Origin: an uncultured Amphritea sp.
Lineage (GTDB): Bacteria; Pseudomonadota; Gammaproteobacteria; Pseudomonadales; Balneatricaceae
Length of the DNA: 64,000 nt
Assembly: GCA_963669425.2 (NCBI GenBank)
Contig: CAXXNC010000002.1
Span: forward strand, 2,074,618 to 2,138,617
Direction: 5' to 3'
Shown: positions 38,727 to 47,914 of the stretch, one piece after another
Numbering within the stretch: position 1 is the stretch's first letter
How the letters are laid out: each line of letters opens with the position of its first letter
Translations under genes and position numbers: made by a program
Notes under the pieces: generated by a model
Seen by the model: the letters and a program-made list of their open reading frames with translations, nothing else
The model's database searches: none
What the model was told of the DNA's origin: nothing

Positions 38727-40760
38727 TCAATCGATCGGCTGGACTGAGTCCAGATCGATCCGTCCGGAAAAACGCTCAACCAGTGTCTGTACCACCGGGT
38801 CATTCTGAATCGACTCGACCGCCATCACCTGGCGCTCAGCCCGCTTACGGGCGCGGTACTGACTCGGCGTTTCCCGACTGTAGTCGCCTAAAGCAAATTC
38901 TACCTCAATCGGCGTCGCAAAATAATCACCGATCGCATTCCGTATCCGCTCAATATGCACATCACCCAGCATCGCCTGTTGCTGCTGGGTATAGTGAAAC
39001 AACCAGCCACCTGCGGTTTTCTCCAGTGATGTATTTGCAGCGATACTGTAGGTCATACCGGTCAGACCGATCAGATCCACCAGCAGTACCCACTGCTCTT
39101 CCGTAAAGTCCGCCAGCGACTGGCTTACCTGCTGTTTATCATCAACGTTAGCTATCGCGACAGATGCGGGTAATACAGGCGGGGTAACCGCTGCTGATGG
39201 AATATCAGCCCGTTCTGGCTCAGCAACCGGTTCAGGAATAACACTTTCCTGAGAAACAGCCGGAGCAGCGGGCTCCTCCCATGGCAGATCAGGTACCGCA
39301 GAATTAACAATAGCCGGCGGCGCCGCGACTTCTGGCGGCGCAACATCAGCTTCAGACTTTTTTGCGTCCGGGCCCTCATCGAAGCCGGCAGGTTCACCCA
39401 TGCCAGCATGCAGATAAGAATCATCATACGCTGCAGCAGGTGGAGCAGATTCCATCATCGGCGGGGCTGCAGGAGCGATCGCCGGCTGAGTTGGCTCTGC
39501 TGCTGGCTGAACCGGTGCAGGAGCATCAGACTGCGGTTCCGGTTCTGCCGCAACGGCTTGTGCAGGTGCTGCTTCTACCGCCTGCGACATCTGAGAAGTC
39601 CCAGACGAATCATCAGCAGGCGCTGCTGACCCACTCTGAGCTGCAGACTGCTGGCTGAGACCCGTCGTTGGTACCGATGCCGGACGGAATGCCAGCATCC
39701 GCAACAGGATCATCTCCACACCTTCGCGGGCGTCAGGTACAAATGGCAGGTCTTTACGGCCAACCAGTGCTGTCTGATAGAACAGTTGCACATCTTCGGC
39801 AGTCAGCTTACCCGCCAGATCCAGCACCTGCTCACGATCACCGAGCCCATTATCCACCGCATCCGGAACGATCTGTGCCAGAGCGATGCGATGCAGCAGG
39901 CTGATCAGGTCACCCAACACCGTGTTGTAATCAGGCGAGAAGCGCGAAAGATCTTCAACCGCTTTCAGCAATTCAGCTGCATTATGGACAGCCAGACAAT
40001 CCACCAGACGATATACCAGGCGCTGGTCGATTGTACCCAGCATCGCCCTTACGTCGGCTTCATTCACCTCACCGGCACCAAATGCGATCGCCTGATCGGT
40101 CAGACTCATCGCATCACGCATCGAGCCATCGGCTGAGCGAGCCAGTAACCAGAGCGCCGGTTCTTCAAAGGAAATCGATTCCTGAGTCAGTACATGGCTC
40201 AGATGGTCAACGATCCGCTCAGGGATCATATTCTTAAGGTTAAACTGCAGACAGCGGGACAAAATAGTCACCGGCAGTTTCTGCGGATCGGTCGTTGCCA
40301 ACAGGAATTTCACGTGCGGTGGCGGCTCTTCCAGCGTTTTCAGCAACGCATTGAAAGAGTGAGTCGACAGCATGTGCACCTCGTCAATGAGGTAAACCTT
40401 AAAGCGGCCATGAGTGGGCGCATACTGTACGTTCTCGAGCAGCTCGCGGGTATCCTCAACCTTGGTCCGGGATGCCGCATCCACCTCGATCAGATCAACA
40501 AACCGACCTTCGCTGATCTCCCGGCAGGCAGAACACTCACCACAAGGTGATGAGGACACTCCGGTTTCACAGTTCAGTGATTTCGCAAACAGGCGAGCGA
40601 TAGAGGTTTTACCCACACCCCGGGTGCCGGTAAACAGATAAGCATGGTGCAGACGGTCATCATCCAGTGCATTCACCAGGGCCTTGAGCACATGCTCCTG
40701 ACCAACCATCTCCTGAAAACGTGCAGGGCGCCATTTACGCGCCAGAACCTGATAACTCAT
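38727..40760 (-). CDS. dnaX: DNA polymerase III subunit tau/gamma
   Basis: [27 protein letters not shown] and SRC motifs; Pro/Ala-rich linker; C-terminal tau domain. Confidence 0.97.
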   Translation of the reverse strand: MSYQVLARKWRPARFQEMVGQEHVLKALVNALDDDRLHHAYLFTGTRGVGKTSIARLFAKSLNCETGVSSSPCGECSACREISEGRFVDLIEVDAASRTKVEDTRELLENVQYAPTHGRFKVYLIDEVHMLSTHSFNALLKTLEEPPPHVKFLLATTDPQKLPVTILSRCLQFNLKNMIPERIVDHLSHVLTQESISFEEPALWLLARSADGSMRDAMSLTDQAIAFGAGEVNEADVRAMLGTIDQRLVYRLVDCLAVHNAAELLKAVEDLSRFSPDYNTVLGDLISLLHRIALAQIVPDAVDNGLGDREQVLDLAGKLTAEDVQLFYQTALVGRKDLPFVPDAREGVEMILLRMLAFRPASVPTTGLSQQSAAQSGSAAPADDSSGTSQMSQAVEAAPAQAVAAEPEPQSDAPAPVQPAAEPTQPAIAPAAPPMMESAPPAAAYDDSYLHAGMGEPAGFDEGPDAKKSEADVAPPEVAAPPAIVNSAVPDLPWEEPAAPAVSQESVIPEPVAEPERADIPSAAVTPPVLPASVAIANVDDKQQVSQSLADFTEEQWVLLVDLIGLTGMTYSIAANTSLEKTAGGWLFHYTQQQQAMLGDVHIERIRNAIGDYFATPIEVEFALGDYSRETPSQYRARKRAERQVMAVESIQNDPVVQTLVERFSGRIDLDSVQPID
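39313..39377 (-). promoter_or_regulatory. Programmed -1 ribosomal frameshift cassette in dnaX
   Basis: Minus strand: GAGGG, 9 nt, in-frame A-AAA-AAG (39363-39357), 6-nt spacer, stem-loop with GCGCCGC/GCGGCGC core; the -1 frame reads AAA AAA GTC TGA. Confidence 0.75.
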
Positions 40761-41259
40761 CGCAGACAATCTAAATCAGAGGGGTATCTATTCATGGCTA
40801 CCAATGCTAACGGTAACCGCCTGATATCGCCAGTAAAACAATGATTTTGGGTACAACAATTACTGGTATTCATCCGCTCACTTAGAAATATCCTGAATCC
40901 TGGTCTACCTTTCCCTCTTAATGGCAGCGAAAAATGAGCTCTGCCCGGGCATAACCGGTTAAAGCCTTCTGCTCGCTGTCACTGACTCTCCGGACAGATA
41001 ACAAGGCGAGGATAGCCCAATGCAAAAAGCAACCAGTGCCCTGCAATTGAAAGCTCAGCATCATCGACTGATCAGACAACAGGAGATGATTCAGTTCAAA
41101 GACCCACACTGCCCCAGCAATCAGATGCTGGAATCCGGTTCTTGCTGGATTCGCAACGAAGCACTGATACTTGAGTTAGGTGAAGAACAACAACGCCATC
41201 AGCACTGACGGCAAAACAGCTTTCCGACCTGCAGAGCCAGAATAGCGATATTCTGGCTT

Positions 41260-42738
41260 TTATTTTTGCTTCTGAATCAGCGGCAGACACAGATTTGTTT
41301 GCTGGGCGAACAGCGTAAACGCCATAAAGTCATTCTGATTCAGCGGTTCCTGCTCATCATCCAGTGGATGCTGCGGCAGACGATCAGCATAAAAAACCCC
41401 GACACAACGCTGCCCTAATAGAATTGGTGCAATAAAGAAGCCCTGATGGTCAACAACACGTCTGATCGATCCGGTCAGGTGCTGATGCCAGCGCTGCTCA
41501 TTGATATCCGTCACCCAGACAGGGTTACCGCTCTCCATCACATGACTGAACAGGTTTGGTTGTTCTGTCAGATCAATCCTGAAGGTTTGCTTTATCTGCT
41601 CGAAATCGGCTGCAGAAATAAAACGCGGTAGCAGACGGGTATGATCACGGGATCGGAGCAAGACCAGAGTCCGTGACATACGGATTCCCCGATGAATCCC
41701 CTCAATCGCAGTCTGAACCACCATATTAAAGTCAGCTTTTTCATTCGGCAGAAAAGCCAGTTCGCGCAGTATACGTAATTGCAGCTCCTGATCAGAAATT
41801 GCCTCTTCAGCGGAGCTCTCCGTCGCTAACTGGGCATTATCCTGATGAATAAACTGCGCCAGTACACCCACCCCATAGGATTCCAGCAATTCAGCAGTTT
41901 GCTCAGTGCATCGCTCAACCCGCGCTCTGACAGCCTCTTCTTCCAGCTTCATCAGACCCGCCATCTCGGAAAACAACCTGTCTGATTCAGCCCGGGAGTG
42001 ATTTGGATTCGCCAGAACCCGGCTCAACCGGACAGACAGATTAACCGAGCGCAACTCAGGGGTACGCAGCTCTGGATCCTTTAACGAGCTTATCAGCACC
42101 TCACCCAGATTCCATGAAGATGCCAGTCCCAGGCTCATCTGATGAAAAGTCGTCCCCAGCTTGTCATACACCAGTGTATTCACCTGTTGTGGCGTTGACC
42201 GTTTTCTGGCCCGCAGCTCCTGATCCAGCTCAACCGTTAACGGCCCTCCCATGCTCCAGAAAGCACTCTCTCCGAACTGATTCAGCAGAGCGGCAATAAA
42301 CGCCTCCTCCTGAATCTCTTCACCGTATTCCCGGAGCATCATGCGACTGATCATTGCCCCATGAAATGATTGCGCCATCAGCTTTAACAGCCGTTCATGA
42401 ACGGTTGCCGTCAGCTTATTGTTCTCCAACAAACTATTAAGCAGTTTGGCTGTAAGGCAGATATTTTTGATGGTATTCAGGCCTAATACCACCGCTGCGC
42501 GGCTGACTGTGGTTACCGGCATCCGCCCCATATACGTGGCACTGTTAGCCACTTTCAGCACAGCAGAAGTCAGGGCATGATCATGGAGTACTGCCTGCCC
42601 GAGCGAAGCCAGAGACGAAGTATCATCCATCGATAACTTCTCGATCGCTCTGATGGTTGAACACAGAGCTGGCAGCTCATGTTCGCTGATCCGCGCAACC
42701 CACTCTTCGGTTCCCTGGGGAATATTCTCGGCCAACAC
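41260..42738 (-). CDS. HDOD domain protein with C-terminal GAF-like domain
   Basis: ELPAL, D.ALTSAVLKVANS, VSRAAVVLG and AALL...G HDOD pattern; C-terminal FFIAPI...CVGVFYADR. GTG start chosen from the GAGG RBS. Confidence 0.82.
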   Translation of the reverse strand: MLAENIPQGTEEWVARISEHELPALCSTIRAIEKLSMDDTSSLASLGQAVLHDHALTSAVLKVANSATYMGRMPVTTVSRAAVVLGLNTIKNICLTAKLLNSLLENNKLTATVHERLLKLMAQSFHGAMISRMMLREYGEEIQEEAFIAALLNQFGESAFWSMGGPLTVELDQELRARKRSTPQQVNTLVYDKLGTTFHQMSLGLASSWNLGEVLISSLKDPELRTPELRSVNLSVRLSRVLANPNHSRAESDRLFSEMAGLMKLEEEAVRARVERCTEQTAELLESYGVGVLAQFIHQDNAQLATESSAEEAISDQELQLRILRELAFLPNEKADFNMVVQTAIEGIHRGIRMSRTLVLLRSRDHTRLLPRFISAADFEQIKQTFRIDLTEQPNLFSHVMESGNPVWVTDINEQRWHQHLTGSIRRVVDHQGFFIAPILLGQRCVGVFYADRLPQHPLDDEQEPLNQNDFMAFTLFAQQTNLCLPLIQKQK

Positions 42739-43105
42739 AGCACCTCTTCTGACAGCCTGAAATTTAGGTACATCATACTGAAGCACGATAAAAACAAGCT
42801 GCAAATGTTCCCATAACGGGCATAGATCCCCACCATAATTCTAAAAATCAGCTCTATGAAAATAGGAGTTTTTCTTATATGCGGCTGGAACATTCCCCTG
42901 CTACCTTTAATCAAAGACGCCAGAGCAGTACGTCGGAAAAGTACGTCGGTAGAAGGGATTGCAGGCCGCTGTAAGAAAAAGCACCGCTGTCTGCCGAATA
43001 GGACCGCAAACTCTGAAACGTCACCCGCTAAGAATCCAAAGCTGTAACGTCAAATACGTCTGGAATTTACGCCTGGAAAAGGGAGACTTCTGTAGGGAGA
43101 CAGCC

Positions 43106-43336
43106 ATGCAGACATCGACAGCCAGCTCATTGGAATACGCGGATGAACAAGACCTCTGCATCGAGTGCAGCTTTGCCAAAGCGAAGCAGTGTCGATGGGC
43201 ATCAATCAACAAAATAGCCGAAATGGGCGCTGACAATATCTATCAGTGCGAACCCTGTGGCATCTCATTCTGTTTACGCACAAACGATGATAACAACAGC
43301 TATACAGAAGTCATTGCCTGCGCTGAATTCGACTGA
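43106..43336 (+). CDS. Small cysteine-rich hypothetical protein
   Basis: GGGAGA RBS; 76 aa with CIEC, C, CEPC, C, C. Confidence 0.55.
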   Translation: MQTSTASSLEYADEQDLCIECSFAKAKQCRWASINKIAEMGADNIYQCEPCGISFCLRTNDDNNSYTEVIACAEFD

Positions 43337-43374
43337 AAAGATTTCTGAAAATATTGGAGATAGGAAGATCTGGG

Positions 43375-43484
43375 GGTGACCCTACCAGCCACATCCCGGC
43401 ACACGAATCCACCGCTGTGGCTGCTCCCTTCCGGGCCTGACCAGATTCACGGCTTATCGTTGCGGGAGGACCAATAGGGTCACC
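43375..43484 (-). ncRNA. ffs: Signal recognition particle RNA (4.5S)
   Basis: The minus strand contains the helix-8 motif GGTCAGGCCCGGAAGGGAGCAGCC inside a long hairpin closed by GGTGACCCT/AGGGTCACC. Confidence 0.93.
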
Positions 43485-43526
43485 ATAACGTGACCGCGAG
43501 GGTCGCCTCGAACGAGACAGGCGCGC

Positions 43527-43554
43527 AGTATAACAGCCTGCCGGGCAGATGCAA
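43527..43554 (-). promoter_or_regulatory. Sigma70 promoter of ffs
   Basis: TTGCAT-16 nt-TATACT then the GC-rich discriminator GCGCGCC. Confidence 0.65.
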
Positions 43555-43652
43555 CAGGATCATCGTCCTATCGTCATAAGCAAGCTGATTTCTCCTGCAA
43601 CCGATCAAAACCTGTATATAAAACAGGCAATTAATCGTTACCTTGTCTCTGG

Positions 43653-44930
43653 CTACTCGTCCGATTTAAATTCTTTGGTGACTTTTCGGACATACCACCA
43701 GACCAATAGCACAATGCCCGGTAGTGAATAACTGAGCCAGTTAATCGCCAGCTCTTCCGGCTCGCCTGATGTCATATGGCGGATGGTGCGTTCCACCAGA
43801 TCGAACAGATAGTAAGTCACGACGATGATCGAGAATGTTTCCAGCTTGGCCTGCAGAGTCAGCTGACGCCGGGTCCGTTTATTCATCGACGTCAGCAGTC
43901 CGTGGATCTGTTGTTCTGTCGAGAGATCGATATTCGAGCGAAGCAGATTACTGGCACGGGCTATACGTTCAGAAATTCTTTCCAGACGGGCCGCTGCTGA
44001 TCGCCAGGTACGCATCGCCGGGTCTACCCGTCGCTCGATGAACTGCTCCATGGTCTGCAGACCTTCAACCCGCTGCTCTTCCAGTTCAGAGATCCGCATC
44101 CGTACCAGTGCATAATAGGCATCGGATGCCGAGAAGCGATTCACCGTCAGCGCCGAGATCTCTTCCGCCTGCGCTGCCAGCGCCATCAGGGCATCCAGTG
44201 TGTCAGCCTCTTTGCCTTTCTCCAGATCACTGAGACGCCGGGTCAGCGTCGCCAGCTCCTGATCCAGGGCTGATACTTTACGCATTGTTTCCCGCGCGGG
44301 TTCAAGCCCCAACAGAGCCACAGCACGGTATGTATCGATTTCACACAGGCGTTGCAGCAAGCGCCCGCACTGGTAATCGTGGAGTCGGTTATCCTGCACC
44401 AGAATACGGTCCAGCCCGAACTCCCCTTCTGCCCGGAAGTCGGTCCAGATAGTTGCTGCACCCCGCATAACCTGCGAACCGATAACCTGATGATTGCCAA
44501 AGACTCCCTGGGGCACCTTGCCATTGATCATCTCCATCGGCTCACCTTCTGGTGCGCGCACATGAATCTGAACCCCGGTGATCAGCTCACCGGGCAGACT
44601 GTCGCTCCAGTCCACCGGCAGCCCACGAAGATCCTGCTGCCAGTCCGGCTGATCAGTTTGCTGATACAACGTCAGCGTATAAAACTCAGTGTGAGCCTCC
44701 CAGCGTAATGCCAGAGGCGCAATCTCCTGGTAGGCGAAACTGGCATCATCATCCAGTGGCCGCCCGCCACAACGGATAAAGAATGCGGAGACCGACAACC
44801 GCACCTCCTCCATACTCAGATCCCCTGACATCATGGCGAAGTGCAAAACCTTCAGAGGCGAGCTGAGCTGTTGAAACGGCCGGGCATGTACCTCGTTAGC
44901 GATCATCTGACGCTGGGAATGAAATTGCAC
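43653..44930 (-). CDS. DUF3422-like membrane-anchored protein (second paralogue)
   Basis: EVHARP, LRWEAHTEFYT, GRLLQRLCEIDTYR..ALLGL, and C-terminal LQ..LE.FS..VVTYY plus TMs. Confidence 0.85.
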   Translation of the reverse strand: MQFHSQRQMIANEVHARPFQQLSSPLKVLHFAMMSGDLSMEEVRLSVSAFFIRCGGRPLDDDASFAYQEIAPLALRWEAHTEFYTLTLYQQTDQPDWQQDLRGLPVDWSDSLPGELITGVQIHVRAPEGEPMEMINGKVPQGVFGNHQVIGSQVMRGAATIWTDFRAEGEFGLDRILVQDNRLHDYQCGRLLQRLCEIDTYRAVALLGLEPARETMRKVSALDQELATLTRRLSDLEKGKEADTLDALMALAAQAEEISALTVNRFSASDAYYALVRMRISELEEQRVEGLQTMEQFIERRVDPAMRTWRSAAARLERISERIARASNLLRSNIDLSTEQQIHGLLTSMNKRTRRQLTLQAKLETFSIIVVTYYLFDLVERTIRHMTSGEPEELAINWLSYSLPGIVLLVWWYVRKVTKEFKSDE

Positions 44931-45129
44931 TCGTAAGTTCTCCTGATGCAGCTTATGAAACCAGACTTAAGTATGGAGCCCATACTTTGCAATAAAGTGA
45001 TAACGATGCAAATACCGGAATCCACTTATTTAATAAGGATATTGAACCGTTCACAACGGCTGAACTTATTCCATGAACTACCTGTCTCCTGATATAACAA
45101 TTCTTTGATTTCTATATCGGGATCGATAC

Positions 45130-45636
45130 ATGAGCGCTGATCAGAGCCGCCGGTTTGTTGGCCGGCTTTTTACTCACATGACCTGGATCGTGATTCTGGG
45201 CCTGTTTTATCTGCTGTTTGAAGATCAGCTGTTACAGCGTGAGAATCCAAACCATAACCTCACAGTAGTAAGCGCCGGAGAACCAGTCGTACTGCAGCGC
45301 AACCGCCAGGGGCACTATGTCGCACCCGGTGAGATCAATGGTGTTCCGGTGACCTTCCTGCTGGATACCGGCGCAACCGATATCAGCATACCGGGCGCAC
45401 TGAGCAAAAAGCTCAGACTTAAAGCGGGACAACCGTTTTATGCCCGCACAGCCAATGGCACGATTGAGGTATACAGCACGGTACTGGACAGAGTCTCACT
45501 GGGTGGTATCGAGCAGCGTAATGTCAGAGCCAGTATCAACCCGCACATGGATAGCCGGACTATTTTGCTGGGAATGAGTTTTATGCAGCATCTGGAAATG
45601 ATCCAGCGAGGCGATACACTGACGCTTAAGCCATAA
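45130..45636 (+). CDS. Clan AA (retropepsin-like) aspartic protease
   Basis: N-terminal TM, GHY...GEING, FLLDTGAT and LLGMSF. Confidence 0.92.
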   Translation: MSADQSRRFVGRLFTHMTWIVILGLFYLLFEDQLLQRENPNHNLTVVSAGEPVVLQRNRQGHYVAPGEINGVPVTFLLDTGATDISIPGALSKKLRLKAGQPFYARTANGTIEVYSTVLDRVSLGGIEQRNVRASINPHMDSRTILLGMSFMQHLEMIQRGDTLTLKP

Positions 45637-45686
45637 AAAAGAGTTCTGAAGCAATCAGCCCTGAGAACAGATCAAGGAGTCAGCCA

Positions 45687-46112
45687 ATGCAACTACCGGA
45701 ACGGTTCAAGGTTTATCAGGCCACCGCCATTTTCAGTATGCTCTTTGCTCTGCTCGGTTTCAGTTACAACGTCTGGCGGATGGAGGTAACCGAGCATAAC
45801 AGCAATGTCCGGACCGCTAGCTTTGAGATTTTACTGGAGCTGTCGCAGCTCGAGCAGATGATCTACAGCTTACATTACGATAAGGATCAGATTAACGGTA
45901 GTCCCCGCCGGGGCTGGGTCAAAGTAGGCCTGGTTGAAGATCTGAGTATGCTGACCAGCCCGACCATCAGCGCAGAAGCAATTACTCTGAAACAAACCTG
46001 GGGCCGGAACTGGGATAGCATTGAAACTCATCGCGATTCCGTTGACGAGGTGATCGGTCAGATCGACAATGTTCGCAGTGAAATTAAAGCGACGCTGAAA
46101 ACCCTGCGCTAG
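45687..46112 (+). CDS. Hypothetical membrane-anchored helical protein
   Basis: AGGAG RBS; N-terminal TM; 141 aa. Confidence 0.72.
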   Translation: MQLPERFKVYQATAIFSMLFALLGFSYNVWRMEVTEHNSNVRTASFEILLELSQLEQMIYSLHYDKDQINGSPRRGWVKVGLVEDLSMLTSPTISAEAITLKQTWGRNWDSIETHRDSVDEVIGQIDNVRSEIKATLKTLR

Positions 46113-46162
46113 CATATTGCATCCACCAGGCTTTCTGGCGTAGAATCCAGCTGTTCAAAAAT

Positions 46163-46364
46163 ACATCAAGAGAGGGACTGACGTCCTCGCCAACCTGCCA
46201 ACCTGGGCAAGGTGGTTTCTCGGATAGCCGGACTGCTTACATTAAGCAGCGACTATCAGAAGATGTGGTCATTACCGACAACCAAGCAGGACGCTGGATA
46301 CCCCATCCGGCATACAGGCTTTCCCAAGGTATTCCACGCACGTCAGTTCTCATGAAAATGGGAG
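46163..46364 (+). ncRNA. SAM-I superfamily (SAM-I/IV-like) riboswitch with translational expression platform
   Basis: P1 ACAUC/GAUGU, J1/2 AAGAG, P2 GAGGGAC-UGAC-GUCCUC, P3 GCCAACCUGCC/GGCAAGGUGGU with the AA/U asymmetric loop, long P4; hairpin UUCUCAU-GAAA-AUGGGAG buries the SD. Confidence 0.75.
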
Positions 46365-46371
46365 CATTGTC

Positions 46372-46692
46372 ATGTTTGAAGCACATGTTTATAACGAGCA
46401 GGATTCAGCAGCCTTTGAATTCAGCGATCCGATTCTGACAGCAGGCCAGCACTACCGTTGCTGGCATCCACTGTATCAGTGCAATGTCCGGGTCTGGTTG
46501 GCAGCAGGTAAGCGTCAGAACAACAACCAGCATTTTCTCTATGTCGAGTACCGTAATCAGGATAATAGCCATGGCTACCGGTCAGTTGAGATTCCTCAAC
46601 AGACTCTGCGGCGTTCTGCCTTGCAGGAATTACTCAGCAATCTACCTCTGAGCAGAGAGCTTGATCCGACCCGCACCGAACGCTGGAGCTGA
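46372..46692 (+). CDS. Hypothetical protein downstream of the SAM-type riboswitch
   Basis: GGGAG SD 7 nt before the ATG; 106 aa; no recognised motif. Confidence 0.65.
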   Translation: MFEAHVYNEQDSAAFEFSDPILTAGQHYRCWHPLYQCNVRVWLAAGKRQNNNQHFLYVEYRNQDNSHGYRSVEIPQQTLRRSALQELLSNLPLSRELDPTRTERWS

Positions 46693-46809
46693 GATCTATC
46701 CCCCGCCCTGGATAGGCGGGGCTGGGTAATTATTTGATCTGCCTCCTTAAAAACCTGCGGGGATGCCGATATATTAGGGATACATTCTCTGCACAGGGCC
46801 GGATACGGC

Positions 46810-47844
46810 ATGATCAGCATTCGCAAGCGTACCTTCGAAATACTCGATATTGGTAAAAAGCAGGATCGGCTCAGCCGGGTTATCGATATTTTCCTGGTAG
46901 TGCTGATTTCACTGAATGTGTTATCAGTCATTCTGGAAACCCTGCCCGCGCTCAGCGACCGATACCATGGTTATTTCCAGGCATTCGAGCTGTTTTCGGT
47001 GCTGATCTTTACCGTTGAGTATCTGGCACGGGTCTGGTGTTCGGTTGAAGATGATGAACTGAAACGCCATTCGCCTCTGATGGCTCGGATTCGTTACATG
47101 CTTACCCCGATGGCACTGATCGATCTGATCGTTATCCTGCCGTTTTATCTGAGCATGTTCGTCACGGTGGATCTGCGCTTTATGCGGGTACTGCGACTGT
47201 TGCGGGTGTTCAAGCTGACCCGTTACTCGTCTTCAATGACACTGCTGCTGCAGGTCCTGCAACGGGAGTCCCGATCCATAGCTGCGGCCATGTTTGTGTT
47301 GTTTATGCTGATTATCGTGGCTTCAAGCCTGACCTACTTTGCTGAACATGACGCCCAGCCTGAAGCGTTCAGCAGCATTCCCGCTGCCATGTGGTGGGCG
47401 ATCATCACCATGACCACTATCGGTTACGGCGATGTTGTGCCAGTTACAGTTATGGGCAAGATTCTGGCAGCGATCATCGGCATTATGAGCCTCGGCATTG
47501 TCGCCCTGCCCGCCGGTTTGCTGGCATCCGGCTTCAGTGAAGCCCTGCGCCAACGCCGCCGGACTTACGAAAAGATGGTCGATCAGGTACTGCAGGATGG
47601 CTACGTGGATGATTATGAGCAAAAAGCCCTGAATCAGATGCGCGAATCATTGGGCATTACCCAGGAGGAAGCCGCCCATATTCTGCATACTAACCAGACC
47701 CGTAAGCAGGAGCAGGACTTCGAACGGGACCTGCAGGCACTCAGAAAAGAGATAGAGGCGGTCAAAGAGGATCGCTGTCCGCACTGCAATCATACTGTTC
47801 ATTGGCTGGAGCGACGTAAAGATCGCAACGAAGAAACAGAATGA
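46810..47844 (+). CDS. Voltage-gated-type potassium channel (6TM ion transporter)
   Basis: S4 RFMRVLRLLRVFKLTR, pore helix AMWWAIITMT and filter TIGYGD. Confidence 0.92.
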   Translation: MISIRKRTFEILDIGKKQDRLSRVIDIFLVVLISLNVLSVILETLPALSDRYHGYFQAFELFSVLIFTVEYLARVWCSVEDDELKRHSPLMARIRYMLTPMALIDLIVILPFYLSMFVTVDLRFMRVLRLLRVFKLTRYSSSMTLLLQVLQRESRSIAAAMFVLFMLIIVASSLTYFAEHDAQPEAFSSIPAAMWWAIITMTTIGYGDVVPVTVMGKILAAIIGIMSLGIVALPAGLLASGFSEALRQRRRTYEKMVDQVLQDGYVDDYEQKALNQMRESLGITQEEAAHILHTNQTRKQEQDFERDLQALRKEIEAVKEDRCPHCNHTVHWLERRKDRNEETE

Positions 47845-47869
47845 GCTAGAATGAACCAGAATCAAACAC

Positions 47870-47900
47870 AAAAAAGCCTGTCATTGAGACAGGCTTTTTT
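47870..47900. terminator. Bidirectional intrinsic terminator
   Basis: AAAAAAGCCTGTC-ATTGA-GACAGGCTTTTTT between convergent genes. Confidence 0.82.
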
Positions 47901-47914
47901 AGTTCCGGTAAGAA

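Noticed and set aside
41020-41208. 62-aa plus-strand ORF with a GAGG RBS between dnaX and the HDOD gene
   Set aside because: Possible small protein, but there is no motif or other support, so it is not listed as a feature without conservation data.
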